Notes under the pieces: model-generated
Databases searched by the model: none
Seen by the model: only the letters and a program-made list of their open reading frames with translations
Told to the model about the DNA's origin: nothing
Source: Camelus ferus
Lineage: Eukaryota
Direction: 5' to 3'
NCBI RefSeq assembly: GCF_009834535.1
Contig: NC_045700.1
Span: 87,296,001 to 87,360,000 of the forward strand
DNA length: 64,000 nt
Program-made: the position numbers and the translations under genes
Part shown: one piece after another, positions 23,960 to 36,270 of the stretch
Layout of the letters: the number at the start of each line of letters is the position of its first letter
Position numbering within the stretch: the stretch's first letter is position 1

Positions 23960-24400
23960 ATCTTAGGAATGTGCACGGTTAGTGACCAAGTCACCTCATT
24001 GTCCCTTGAACAGCAGGAATTATAGCAACCCCGCAGAAGTTTCTGCCTCTGTTGTTCCTGCCCCAGCTAATGAACCACCTCACCCGCTACCCTGTGTGTG
24101 TGCGTTCCAGCCCCTGGTTTCTGCTGACTCTGCTTCCACTTCATGGTTTCGGCTCATTCACATCTTCTCCTGCCAGAGTGTCTCCTTTCTGCCTTCTGTG
24201 TGTTGGTCTGGGCTTCAGCACCCACTACCATGCACCTAATTCCCCACTCCGAGGAGAACCTGATTGGTCCAGCAAATCATTTCATTCATCTTTGCTTGAT
24301 ATAGTTTTCAGGTCAGGGTGTATCACAGGACAATGGATTCACCCATCTTGGTTCAACCAGCTGTGCCCAAGTACGTGGACCATAATAAATTCTCTGACAA
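23960..24400. mobile_element. MaLR LTR (MLT1J/K/L-like), degraded
   Basis: ctgattggtccagc...ttggttcaaccagctgtgccca motifs. Confidence 0.5.
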
Positions 24401-25137
24401 TAATCTCTATTATTTTGCTTTTATGAGGTCTTATGAGAACAATGTCTCAAAATTACTTCCTTTTAAAAATTAAATGTTCCTAACACCAGATAATTATCTG
24501 ATTGTTCTGCTCCAATAAAAAAAAAGTATTTTCAGCCCAAATCTGACAAAGTTTTCTTTATAGGAATCCTGGCTTCTTTCTTCTTTTTTTTAGGTTGTTA
24601 AAGGACCCAATTTTTTAAAAGTCACTTTTAGTATTAACATTGGATTTTTTTAAGTGCCTGGAGTTAAAAAGTGATAACTATTCGGACATTGTACCCTTTC
24701 TCTAGGAGATTTTCAGTCTGATTCTGTTGATAAGCAGATATTTAACACTGAAAAAAGGACCCCAAATAGCCTTTTCAAAGCTCAGCGATCCATTGGCTTA
24801 ACACAAAATACTTTTACATAACCCAAGCCACCAAGAGGGATATCCGGTCAGCTATTTTTAAAGCCTTCCTCCCCCACACCATCTCACGTAACAGAGCTAC
24901 AGCAGTTTGCTTAGAAAATTGGCACAGGTTCTGTGATTCATGAAATGAAAACCCAGATGAAATGTTTTTCACTTGTTTAAAGCTGGAACTGTTTTCCCAT
25001 AATTGTGCTACAGTACCAAAGAAATAACTTTCTGAATTGGACACAAATATATGTCCACAGCATACAGTTTTTTGCATTGATAGATCCGTATGGTATTATG
25101 TATTGTGCTTCCCAGATGAATAATTTTCTAAATAACT

Positions 25138-25780
25138 AACTCATTCAACAAGTATTTCTAAAGCACTTACTGTGTGCTGGGTGCTGTGCTGCAGCTGGGG
25201 GCATGAGAGTGAGAAAGGTGGCCTGCCCTCACAGAGCTTCCAGTCCAGTAAGAGTTAGGTAATTGCAGTGTCTCATGATAGGACTGGGATGTAGCAGTAG
25301 CAGGTGCCTGCACAAAGAGAGTGAGAGCCACACTGAGACCTGAAAAATGAAGACAAGCCAGCCAGGGAAGATGAGGGAAGACACTTCCAGTAGACAGAAC
25401 AGTCCATGCTGGACTAGGGCTTCCTGTTTGGGGGCCAGAGAGAAGATTAAAAAGCCTGAATGTAGAGAGGTAGGGGAAGGAAGCTGGAGAAAAGAGCGGG
25501 GGTTCATCTTACAGGGTCATGTTAAGGAATTTGAGCCTGATTGTAAGAGTAACGGGGAACACAGAAACCAGAAATACGATCAGATTTCTAATTTGGAAAG
25601 AGCATCCTGGCTGTGGTATGGAAACTGAATTGGAGGCAGGGAGGAACTGAGGCACAGTGGTGATCCAGGTGAGAGATGGAGGTGGTCTGAGGGAGGATAT
25701 GGTCAAGAGGGTGGAGAGAAGCAAGCAGATCTGTGAGTTTTTTTGGTCTAATCAACAGAACTTGATGATGATAGATGAAT
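25138..25780 (-). mobile_element. L2 3' region
   Basis: tcattcaacaagtatt...ctgccctcacagagcttccagtcc...catgttaaggaatttgagc...ggtgatccaggtgagagatgg. Confidence 0.8.
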
Positions 25781-25924
25781 CGCTCTGTATCTACCCAAAG
25801 TCAGCATCAAAGCACTGCTCTCGACTAAGGACTTGAGCTACATTCATTTTACAAACTAGTGTCAGTGAAAAGTGTGTCTGTTTTACTATATTAGTATGCT
25901 TTCCTTTTATCAAGTAAGAATTAA

Positions 25925-26330
25925 ATAGCCCAGAGTTCCAGTTAGCAGCTTTGTAATTACAAGTAACTTGAAACTCTATTCAAAAAAGATATAAACAATA
26001 AAAGATTTGTTTTATTCCTATACTTTAAAATTTCAGGGTCATGATGGTTTCAGGTGAGGCTGGATCCAGTATTTCAATGATATGAAAGACCTGGTTTCTT
26101 GTGCCCCTACTCTTTGTATGATGTCTGCTTCACTCTAGGTTTGCTTTCTGTCATGATCTCAACAATATACTTCTGTGTTGTGCTATGTCTGCCAGAAAGA
26201 GAAAACATCTCCCCACAAAATTAGGAAGTTTCATTTCCTAGAAATCCTCAGGGAAATGTTTTGGAGTCCCAGGCTCTAAAGCAATCACAGTGGCCAGAGA
26301 AAAGAATGGAAAGGAAAAGAGGAAAAAGAA
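25925..26330. mobile_element. MaLR LTR (MLT1K/L-like)
   Basis: ttacaagtaac...gtttcaggtgaggctggatccag...ttcaatgat. Confidence 0.55.
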
Positions 26331-26759
26331 GGATGTCAAATGGAGAGGAAAAAAGCAAATATCCATTATATTCAGCACATTTCCCTTTGCATCTTCACTG
26401 CCGTTGCTATTGTAAATGAGCAGAAATATTTACCAAACAAGATTTTGAAATAAGTTCTCATCTTTTAGCGCAAGGCACATATAGTTCCCTCCAGAACTGG
26501 AAATACACTCAACAGAGCCTTGAATCTCATCCTTTGTGGATTCTGATACTCTTTTGAAACATGGACCTAAAAGGATGCTTCTCACAGCAGTCTGTTATTC
26601 CTGAATAACTGAGATCAAAATACTGCTTCAGTCTAACTCAAACACATAAATAGATGAATGTATTTATATAAACATACATAGTTTTATTATTTCAGATTCA
26701 AACATGTTACAGGGACTTTGCATATTCTCTGTAATAAGGCTGAGATATATAACGATTAA

Positions 26760-27250
26760 TTAAAAATAAAATGCATCAATAATTTTCTATCATAAAAGTA
26801 GTGTATGCAAATGAAGGAAAATGTGCAAAGTCCTGAAGATTTAAAAAGAAAAAAATTAATCACAATGTCATTACTTAAAGACAATATCGTTAATATTTTT
26901 AGTATTTTCCCCTAGCATTTTTATTAAGTACAGGGTTTTTTTAAATGTAGATGTAAAGATATTTTATATACAATTCGATGGCCATTTTTCTCTTACAAAA
27001 ATAGACTCCATATTTACCTGGTCTTGAAAACATTTTTTTTTTAACATTCACACTTTATTGATTACTTCTCTCTTAGTGGACAAGTAGAAACTTTCACATT
27101 TTTTATTCCTCTAAACAATGTTGCTATAATCGTGTTTGTATATAAAATTCTGCTTCAGATTTAGGATTATATTCTCTGTATAAATTCCCAGAAGTGGAAT
27201 TCCTGTACCAAAGGACGTAAGAGTTTAAGATTCTTGATGTATACAAAAGA
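26760..27250 (-). mobile_element. Old L1ME-type fragment
   Basis: taaacaatgttgctataatc...aaattcccagaagtggaattcctgtaccaaagg. Confidence 0.55.
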
Positions 27251-28769
27251 CCCATTTTTTGAATTTGAACTTCATGCAAAAAAAAAAAAAAAGAGAGAGA
27301 GTGAGAAAGCAGAAAATATAATCAGCTTTGTAAAAGTTTTGAAAAGCAGTCCACAAAATGACTCTGCGTCAGCAATGTAAAACTGTTGAATGGCTGCATC
27401 TGAGAAGCATTTTTGAAGTACCCCTGGTGGCCAGGCCCCGTACTAAGGACTTAGAGCAAAACGTGCCAAGGGGTTGCAACAGAACAATACAGTGACTCAG
27501 CAAAACAGGGTTATCAGATTTCAAAGTCGGCCTAATAACTCATTTTGGAGGCAGATGTGGCTGAAGTTTTGCACCATCGCCTTCGACTTCAAGAAATTTC
27601 AGTATAATGCTGATAGAAAGAGATTGTGAACTTTCAGTGGATACCACTTTCTTATTTTAGTCATTGAAAAGACTAAAAATAAAGTTCTTTTTCATAATTT
27701 AGTTCTGGGACACTAATCATAGCAAGAGCTTAGAGGATTACAAACGCTCTTATAAAGCACAAAGATTTGGCATTAATTTGATAATTTCTTCAAAGGCAGT
27801 GGCCTTAACAAAATAGGCTACTGATAGTCACAAAGAGTTAAAAAAAAAAGGGGGGGGGGGAGAAGAGAAGACAAAGAAAAAAGTCAATGATTGAAGGAAG
27901 AAAGAAATTTATATTTGCTTAAATTTCTCTGTGAATGTATCACCGTTAATTTCTTCATTCTCTAATGTGCATCTTTTAGAAGAATTTCTTTGCTCTAAAT
28001 TATTCATATTTGACACCTAAGCAAGACATGCTTTCAGCACACTGTATTAATGTTAAGTAACACTATATCATTCTGATGTAAAATGTTTTTGAAAAACAGA
28101 TGGTTCATTTAGCCCAAAGTGTGACTCTAAGTGCTGACATCCTGTCTCATCTTGAATAGCTTGTCCAAACCTAGCTATAGGGTTGTGAAGAAGGCAAGGT
28201 TTGTATCTGGTTGTTCTTTTTCCCTTATCATTTTATTTAATTTATTTATCTGTTCAAAATGCTTTGAAGTATTAGATATGATTTAGTATACACTAAAACA
28301 TTTGATTTGTTCATTTTTATTTTCTCCAGAACCTAACAATGGGGTAATAAAGTCAGGAGAGTAAGATAAATACCAACTCAGGCTTCAGTTTTCTCATCCA
28401 CACTTACCATATCTCAGCTCACTGCGGGGATCAAATGGTGTCATACATATAAACAGGATCATCTTGTCCTGGGAGTGGTATTGGAACAGGGAAGTTCTCA
28501 AAAGTAGCAGCAACTGCCACTGGAGAGAATGCACGACAGTCCTGTCACTCATATGCCCCAAATCCTTAGTCTTGGAACATGTCCCTTTTGCTGGATCTTT
28601 GCTCTGTGTATGTGGGGTGGGGTGGGGGGGGTGTGTGACTGTAAGTGTGGTGGGGGAGCTGGGTGTGACAGAGGTGGCCTGGAAGGCAGAGAGAGAGAGG
28701 TGTGATGTATCCTTTGTGTGAAGAGTAAACAAAAGATCCTTGATCAATCAATTTGACCAGAGTGTAGAG

Positions 28770-29032
28770 CAATGTTTCTCAAACTTTCTATGATGAAGTG
28801 ACATTTTTGTTTTATATTTTTACTTTCCATTTCATCATGGACCAATACTTTTGTAAAATACAATGAATATGAATTCTAAGAAAGTAAAGAAGAATATATA
28901 AGCCCAAATAATTTATGTTAGATTCAACCAACATAAAATCGCTTTGAACTTCCTAAAGGTTTACTCTCCAGTTCTGTACTTATTTTATCATGTTCAGGTA
29001 AGCAACTGAGACCCACGCTTTGAATTGCACTG
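28770..29032. mobile_element. hAT-Charlie-type MITE (family not assigned)
   Basis: Imperfect TIRs caatgtttctcaaa ... tttgaattgcactg around an AT-rich core. Confidence 0.55.
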
Positions 29033-29522
29033 TTTTAGAGGAACTGAATATTGCGATTAGCAGTTAGTAATTAGAGTTTGATATGTCAAACTCTATCTCC
29101 TGCATCTCAGGATACATCCTTTCCAGAAAGAAAATAGAAATAGTTAAGCTTCAGGCTATTAAACAGTTCCATGCATTGGGAAAAATAATAGACGCCTTAA
29201 TCTTTTTTTGTCCAGTTTTCTTATTTTACAAATCATCATAAATCAATTGTAAACTTGAGCAAAATTGCTCAGGAAAATAAAATCATAATATCGTGTAAGT
29301 GTCCTGATGAAAAAGTCCAGAATTAAGCATTAGCAAAATAAAATAAAATAATAAAAATGCAATATATTTTCACCTAGACCAAGTAGTATCATTCCAGACA
29401 TGCAAAGTTGTTCAATACTTTTATTTATAAAATTGATCATGTTTATAAGTCAAAAGAGAAAAACATAATCTTATCCCTATAGATACTAGAAAGCATTTGA
29501 AAATGTTCCAGTCATTTCTCAC

Positions 29523-29530
29523 CACACACA

Positions 29531-29570
<40 letters not shown>
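29523..29570. repeat. Compound microsatellite (CA)13(GA)11
   Basis: Read directly from the sequence. Confidence 0.97.
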
Positions 29571-29571
<1 letters not shown>

Positions 29572-29597
29572 CTTGGAAAAGAAGCAGCAGTTGAATA

Positions 29598-29890
29598 ATT
29601 ATAATAGCTAATACTTACTGAGCCCACCTACTGTGGGCCAGCATGCCAGCATGGTGGTAAGCGTTTCATAGGTATTAATTAGAATGTCCCAGTACTCCCA
29701 TGAGATAGGTTACAATTATTATCCCATTTGACTAATGAGGAAATGACAGCATGAGGTATCCCATTTTCCTAATGAGGTGACGTGCAGGGGTCACCAGCTT
29801 GGTGGTTGGTGGAGCTGGGATGTTAGCCTGGCGGTCTGGCTTTAGAACTCTGGGTGTCAGCACTCCAGTTTATTGCCTTTCCCATGTCCT
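29598..29890 (-). mobile_element. MIR SINE, near full length
   Basis: taatagctaatacttactgag...attattatcccatttgactaatgaggaaa...gtctggctttagaactc. Confidence 0.8.
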
Positions 29891-31704
29891 TTGTAAATCG
29901 TGGAAATCATATTTAGGCCCAGGTGAAGAACAGGCAAGATGCCACTCCCTTGGACATCGCCCGTGTTTGACTCTTACCTGTGTCACTGGCCTAGCTTGGT
30001 GGCTTGTTGTTCTGAGGACTGTTGCATTTTTCTCCTGGTTAGAATAGATTTAATTCACTTCTGAGCTATCTATGTGGGTCATCTTCTGTAAGTGATAGCA
30101 GGGCAGTTATCTTCATTTTGTAACCACTCATGGCATTGAAACCCAAGTCTGGAAGTGAGATGTTTGTTTCCTGCATCAGGATGTAATCAAGCAAACCTGG
30201 GTTTGTGAATGGCCATCACAGTCTGATTAGAAGTGGGTTCTTAATCTCAAATTTTGATTTTTTAAAATGATCACAATGCTTGTTTAAAAATTCAAATATC
30301 ATGTATTAAGAACATAAACTATTATGTAGATAGAGTATTAAACTTATGCTTCCAATGAACCAAGTAACAATCTATTGTCTATATTGTTACTTCAAATGAA
30401 GCCCGTGAGATATACACATCATTTCTTGAGACAATTAAATAGTTTCTTCCTGTATTTTTTAAAAAATATATTCATTTAACAAACTTTCGAGGCCATGTGC
30501 TACGGATAAAAAGATGAGAAAAAATCTGACCTCAAGGAATTCTCATCGTAGTGGCAGATAGAAAAGTTTCCAAATTACTTGTAAAACTATTATAATGACA
30601 TAAATTTTGAAGGAGGGAAGTGAAGAGTCTCTAGCAGCCTGGCTGAAGGTCAGGATTCTTATATGCAGGTGAAGGTAGAAGGAGAAAGGGAGAAATATTC
30701 TGTCTTTATGAAAACCCTCCCTCTTTTTTTTTCCCATGTGAAAGACTTTCAATCTCACATTGAAGGCAACATAGGGTTTTTAGCAGGGAATCAACAGAGA
30801 TTTACATTTTGGAGACAGTGTGAAGGTGTGAAGGATGGCTGGAAAGGGAATTGAATGACTTGGAAACAGCAGGAACTAAGATGGTCTTACTGAATCAAAG
30901 GAATCAAAGCAAGGAACCTGGGAGGAGGTGTACCCCACTCCATCCTACCACCCCATCATTGCATGCAGGCTGGCCCACGGAGTGGGTGTGTGACTGTGGA
31001 GGGGACTTCCCGTCTCTAAAAGTTTAGGAATGTTCACAGCAGATCCAAAACTTGAAAATAAGCTGACAAAATTGAAGGTCTATTGAAATATTTTCCACAT
31101 TTCTAAAACTTTGTCTCTGTTGGTTTAACGCTGGAGAGTACCAGCTGTTTTTAGTCTTAACTAAGGACAGAATGGGGAGAAATGAATTAACGAATGAAAA
31201 ATTCAGGTGAGGTACAAAGAAGACTGGTAAGCATGGCAATGGGACATCTCAAAATAAACATCCTGAGATGTTTATCACAATAAAAATTCCATGTTCCTCC
31301 GGAGGATTTACCTGGGTAATTGCAGACTCTGTCATTTTAGAGCAGAGTTAGTTACCAATTTCCTTGTCTATCCTCTCCCCTCCCCACCCCCACATCCCTT
31401 GGGTTGTTTCTATCACTGATACCACTTGGAAATTTTTACCTCTGGAAGTTTTTGCCCCTGGAAATTCTTGCCCCCAGCACACCATTCTTCTAGAAAAGAA
31501 GTATTTTAGAGATTTAAGTATAACCAGGTAATCAATGCCCCATTGTAGTTCATTTTGGCTCAGTCTACAACCATGACTGGATCAAAACAGATCTCAGGGA
31601 CTTATCTCTAATCTGAAGCATTCCAAGGAGATTGATTTGAAACTTCTCTAAAGTCCCTGAAACTACTCAGCTGGAGAAATGACTCCGGGTCAGGCTTAAT
31701 CCCC

Positions 31705-31890
31705 TGCTTCAGTGTTCCAGGACAACAACCCATGGCATCAGAATCACCTGGGGGGACTCCTTAAATTTACAAATTCCCAGACTTCAGCCAAATCAGAATG
31801 AGGACTGGTTGTAGGGAGCAGACGTTCAGAAGGGCTGGTGCCTTTACCTCGCTCCCTGGGTACTTCTGGTACACATAAAACTGTTAGAAA
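31705..31890. mobile_element. MER5A-like MITE
   Basis: ggcatcagaatcacctggggg...acaaattcccagac...ctccctgggtacttctg. Confidence 0.65.
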
Positions 31891-32547
31891 ACAAGTATGA
31901 AGAATGGGTCATGCCTTCGATGACTTTTAAGACAATTGCAAAGTTGAGGCAAGTGTTTATCTCTATCTTTTATATTTTATGTGTTAACTCATAAATTAGA
32001 TCGCATGTTTACTCACAGCCTTGCAGGGACCACATTCTGTAGGCATGAGCATAGTTTGACCTCATAGCATGCTGAAAGTAGAAGGAACCATAGAGATGAC
32101 CTTGACCAGCCTAAGGAAGCTGAGGATAAGAAGGACTGCAGCCTTTCAGAGGTGCACGTGGCTAAATGCTGGGAGAGCCTGGCTGTGCGCTGAGCCTTGT
32201 CTGTCACCTACTGTCTTCAGACATTTCTGTTTGTGATCTGGAGATTCATTGGAAGAGAAAGAGCAGAAACACATTTTGTATCCTTACAGAGTGTGTATGT
32301 GTATATCCTAGTTCTAAGCAAGCGCTTTTTCTATTTAATCTAAAGCTACTTTCTATAAGAATATTGGGCTTAAGTGTTCCAAAAGTCCATCCTGGGTACC
32401 ATCAGCCCCAAGCACCCTCCTCTTCCCTGTTGTCTCAAATGATACTGGTTCCACATAGGCTCTCAACCCCTGACTGTTCTCTTATTAGTCCTCATCCCTC
32501 TTCTCTTCTACATCTTGGCTCCTTTAGGGCTGGCCCACTAATGGGAT

Positions 32548-33030
32548 TGTTTTTTAATTTAAGTATAGTTGGTCTACGATGTTGTATTAATTTCTGGTGT
32601 ACAGCAAAGTGATTCAGTTTTACATGTATATATTCTTTTTCATATTCTTTTTCCTTATAAGGTATTGAATATAATTCCCTGTACTATACAGCAGGACCTT
32701 GTCATTTATCTATTTTATATACAGTAGTTAATATCTGAAAATCCAGAACTCACAATTTATCCCTCCATTCCCCCTACACCTTTTCCCCCCGGTAACCTCG
32801 TTTGTTTTCTATATCTGTGAGTCTATTTCTGTTTTGTAAATAAGTTCATTTGTGTCATTGTTGTTAGATTCCACATATAAGTGACATCATATTGTATTTG
32901 TCTTTCTCCTTCTGACGTACTTCACTTAGTATGACAATCTCCAGGCCCATCTATATTGCTACAAGTGGCATTATTTTATTCCTTTTCTTGGCTGAGTAGT
33001 ATTCCACTGTATATAAATATCCCACATTCA
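32548..33030 (-). mobile_element. L1 3' end (artiodactyl type), apparently inserted in an L2 remnant
   Basis: aagtatagttggtctacgatgttg...gtgattcagtt...ttagattccacatataagtgac...ggctgagtagtattccactgt. Confidence 0.9.
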
Positions 33031-33202
33031 AAACACACCTATGGCACATAATTGATGCTTAAAGAATGCATGTAGATAGATTTAATAGTTCCCCAATCTT
33101 AGAAAATAAGAAAGATGGTGGTGGATGTTTCTAATATACACTGGAGCTAGGACTCAAAACTGCTCAGACTCACAACACCATCCATAGCAGATCCTTTGAC
33201 AG

Positions 33203-33750
33203 TGCAGGGGAGGAAAACCTCCTCTGCCATCTTATTTTTATACCTGAGGCTTGTGAACTAAACTGACATAAGATAGATTAACAGAAGAAAAGCATATAAC
33301 TTTTATTTGATGTTAATATTTTTACAGGCATGGGGCTTCACAGAAAAGAAGTGAGAAACCCAAAGAAGTGGTTAGAACTTGAGAGTTATATACAATTTTA
33401 ACAAAGGGCAATAAATTATCGATAAGTGACTAGACAGAAAAAAAAGGGGGTGTTGGGCTTCTCAGAGTGGTAAATCTATGAAGGAAACTAATGGTTGATA
33501 AAGGTTACTTGTTAAGGTTTGTGCAGACTCATCTCGGTGCCACCTGTGTCTCCCGTGACAAGGCTTGTTCTCCTCTTCCTGGGATGGGAGAGGGGAGAGC
33601 ACCTTCGCAAAGGGAACATGTGCCCTGCTTTTAGGCGGATAAGGGGAGGGCAGAGAACATTTCCTATATCTATTCCTGTTTACCTTCAGCTCAAAATATT
33701 CCTTACACCAAAGTAGAATATTTTGAGATGACATATGCTGATCCTCTTCA
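33203..33750 (-). mobile_element. ERV1 solo LTR (MER34-like)
   Basis: On the minus strand it starts tgaagaggatcagcatatgtcatctcaaaat and ends ...cccctgca (TG...CA). 4-bp flanks acag/gcag. Homologous to 56336-56950. Confidence 0.8.
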
Positions 33751-35589
33751 GCAGCATAAACAGACCATAAATACTTGGGGTCTAGGTTCTAGAAACCTAT
33801 GCACACATCCCCAGAGCTGGGTTCTCTAAGAGAATATTTTAGTTCTCTGGCTTTGTCCTTGTAAACTTGTCTCTATGTCACTCACATGACGTTAATTCAC
33901 ATAAAGTTTATGGCTTTAATGTTCAACCACCAGGGTCAAATCTCTGCTTATTTTTTGCTTGGTTTTGCTTTGTTTTTTTCCTGAATGTTTACTATCAAAA
34001 TTTTTAAAATTTCAGAAAATTTGAGTTTTTTTCCTTTAATTTACTGAAATTTAGGTTAGAAACTATATTTTTTATATTTAATTTTAACATGAAAATCATG
34101 AAATGTCTCAAACATTTTTTAAAATAGTTTTACTTGAACAAATACATTTATTTTAATTAGATTGAGATATTACCTGATGAGTCTCTGTTCTAGAGCCAAT
34201 CAGCTCCCCAAAACCGAAGAAAGGAAAAGTTGAACAATATTGACGCTGCATCTCTGTGAAGAGCAAGGGAATATTTCCCATATAAAAAAAACCCTCTTGT
34301 TTACAACTTTATGAGTAGTTTTAAGTCATGAAACTTTTCCCCTGAGGAGGAAAAAAATTTTTTTTGCTCTGTTAGTAAAATTTTAACAGTAGTTTGATAG
34401 GGGTGACATAGTTAAATGCATTCAAAAAGCAAAATCCAAAATAAGAAAACTGAAAGAAAGAAAATCCAACCTATTTTGGGTTGGAAAAACAAATTTGTCA
34501 CATCCCTGACTTACATTATATTTGGGGCTGTCCTCTTAGTCAGTGGTTTTAGTTGAAGTCTGAAAGCACACACACAGAAAAGTGAAAACAGAGTGTTCAT
34601 TTCCAGCTGACCTTGATTTCAATAGACTGTGAAATCCAAGGTGTAGGGTCACTTGTTTAAAGAAACAAATAGTTCATTCTAAATACTGAGAAATACCTGA
34701 TGTTACTACAGACAGCCGTCAAAAACAACTGCAAAATAGGAAAGCTTCAGAATGGAACAAGAGATTTAAAATTATCTATGTGACTCAAGCATTCCAATTG
34801 TATGTATTTCTCCTGTTGGAATTAATGATTCCTGTCTACTGGAAACAGGTAACCAGATTCACTTTGTCCTAAATATTCCCTAACCCCAAATGAGGTATTG
34901 GTCTAGTTTGCCATTACCTGTTTTGACAGATTCTTCAGACACCAACGGATGATGTATTATTAACTAAATACTAAAAGGAGACTACAGTACACTTGAAATA
35001 CCAGCCCTTAACCATTAACCTGAATGCTGGTTAAAAGGACTTCAGGGCTTGCCAGTGCTCTAAACTCTGTTTAACAGTTTGATTTCAAGGTTGGTTAGCA
35101 GCACGAAAATCCATGTGCAGAATTCCTTTCTTGAACTATTGTGTTCCTGTGTACTATTAAATAGAGGTTCACTGGAAGTTGATGTTTTGAATGCAGTGTA
35201 ACATTGTAAGGTGTCAGTGTGAAGGCGTGACAAGTTCTAGCTTGGCTGCAGTGTGTAATTCACCTGTGTTCAGACAGCTGTGTGATTTATACTTGTCTGC
35301 ATTTTCCTTGTGGCTGTTCCCATGCATTTTTTCATGTTTCACTGTCCTTCCTATCAAATGTTACCATTTTTACTATATGTATTTCTTGAAGCCCTCATTT
35401 CTATAACTATGGCTTTCTTTCTTTGGCACCCGAAGTTTGCTGTCTGTTTTAGACTGATGATGTTAGTATGCTGTTGTTTTTTTAAGCCATATACCCCAGG
35501 AACAAAGTCTATTTTTATCTCCTAGTTCATTTTGTTTTCAGCAACAGTATACCACAAATATTTACCACATATCAAGCAAGAATATATGC

Positions 35590-35790
35590 TTCTTGAGTAT
35601 GGGATGTTCATGACTGGATCTTTAGCATCTAGACCAGTGCCAGGCATGTAGTAAGGGATTAATAAATATTCATTGACTCACAGTCTTAAATAGAACCTGG
35701 GGATACAGTAGTGAAAAATGATAAGACCCTTGACAGTGTGAAGCTTACATTCTTCATGAGAACAGCAGTTTACAGCACGAGTATCATTGA
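35590..35790 (-). mobile_element. L2 fragment
   Basis: ccagtgccaggcatgtagtaagg...ctggggatacagtagtgaaaa...gaagcttacattct. Confidence 0.55.
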
Positions 35791-35799
35791 GTGGCATCT

Positions 35800-36270
35800 T
35801 GACAGCACATAGTAGATCTAGACTGAATTCAAATCCAAGTTCCATTATTTAGTAGCTGGGTGACCTTGGGAAAATTACTTAGTCTCTCTGTGCCCCAGGT
35901 TTTTTCACTCTGTAATAAACTGTAAGGATTAAATGAGTTAATAGAAATAACATACTTAGACAAATGCCCAAAACAGAAACAGACTCACAGACATAGAAAA
36001 CAAACTTCTGGTTACCAAAGATGAAAGGGCAGAAGAGAGGGATAAATTAGGAGTTTAGGATTAACAGATACACACTACTGTATATAAAATAGATAAACAA
36101 CAAGGACCTACTGTATAGCACACAGAACTATATTCAATTGCTTATAATAACCTGTAATGAATCACTTTGCTGTATACTTGAAACTAACACAACATTGTAA
36201 ATCACCTATACTTCAATTTAAAAAAAAATACCAATGCCTGGCACATGAATGTTCAATAAATTTAAGCTAT
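35800..36270 (+). mobile_element. MIR SINE split by the L1 at 35969
   Basis: gaattcaaatcc...gctgggtgaccttgggaaaattactt...taaggattaaatgagttaat, resuming as tgcctggcacat...ttcaataaat after the L1. Confidence 0.8.
35969..36228 (+). mobile_element. L1 3' end nested in the MIR
   Basis: acagaaacagactcacagacatagaaaacaaactt...ctgtatagcacacagaactatattcaa...cttcaatttaaaaaaaaa. Short flanking repeat aatgcc. Confidence 0.9.

Noticed and set aside
27279-27305. A-run followed by (GA)n, with a similar motif at ~55341-55363
   Set aside because: Common independent slippage products. The flanks share no similarity, so this is not a duplication.
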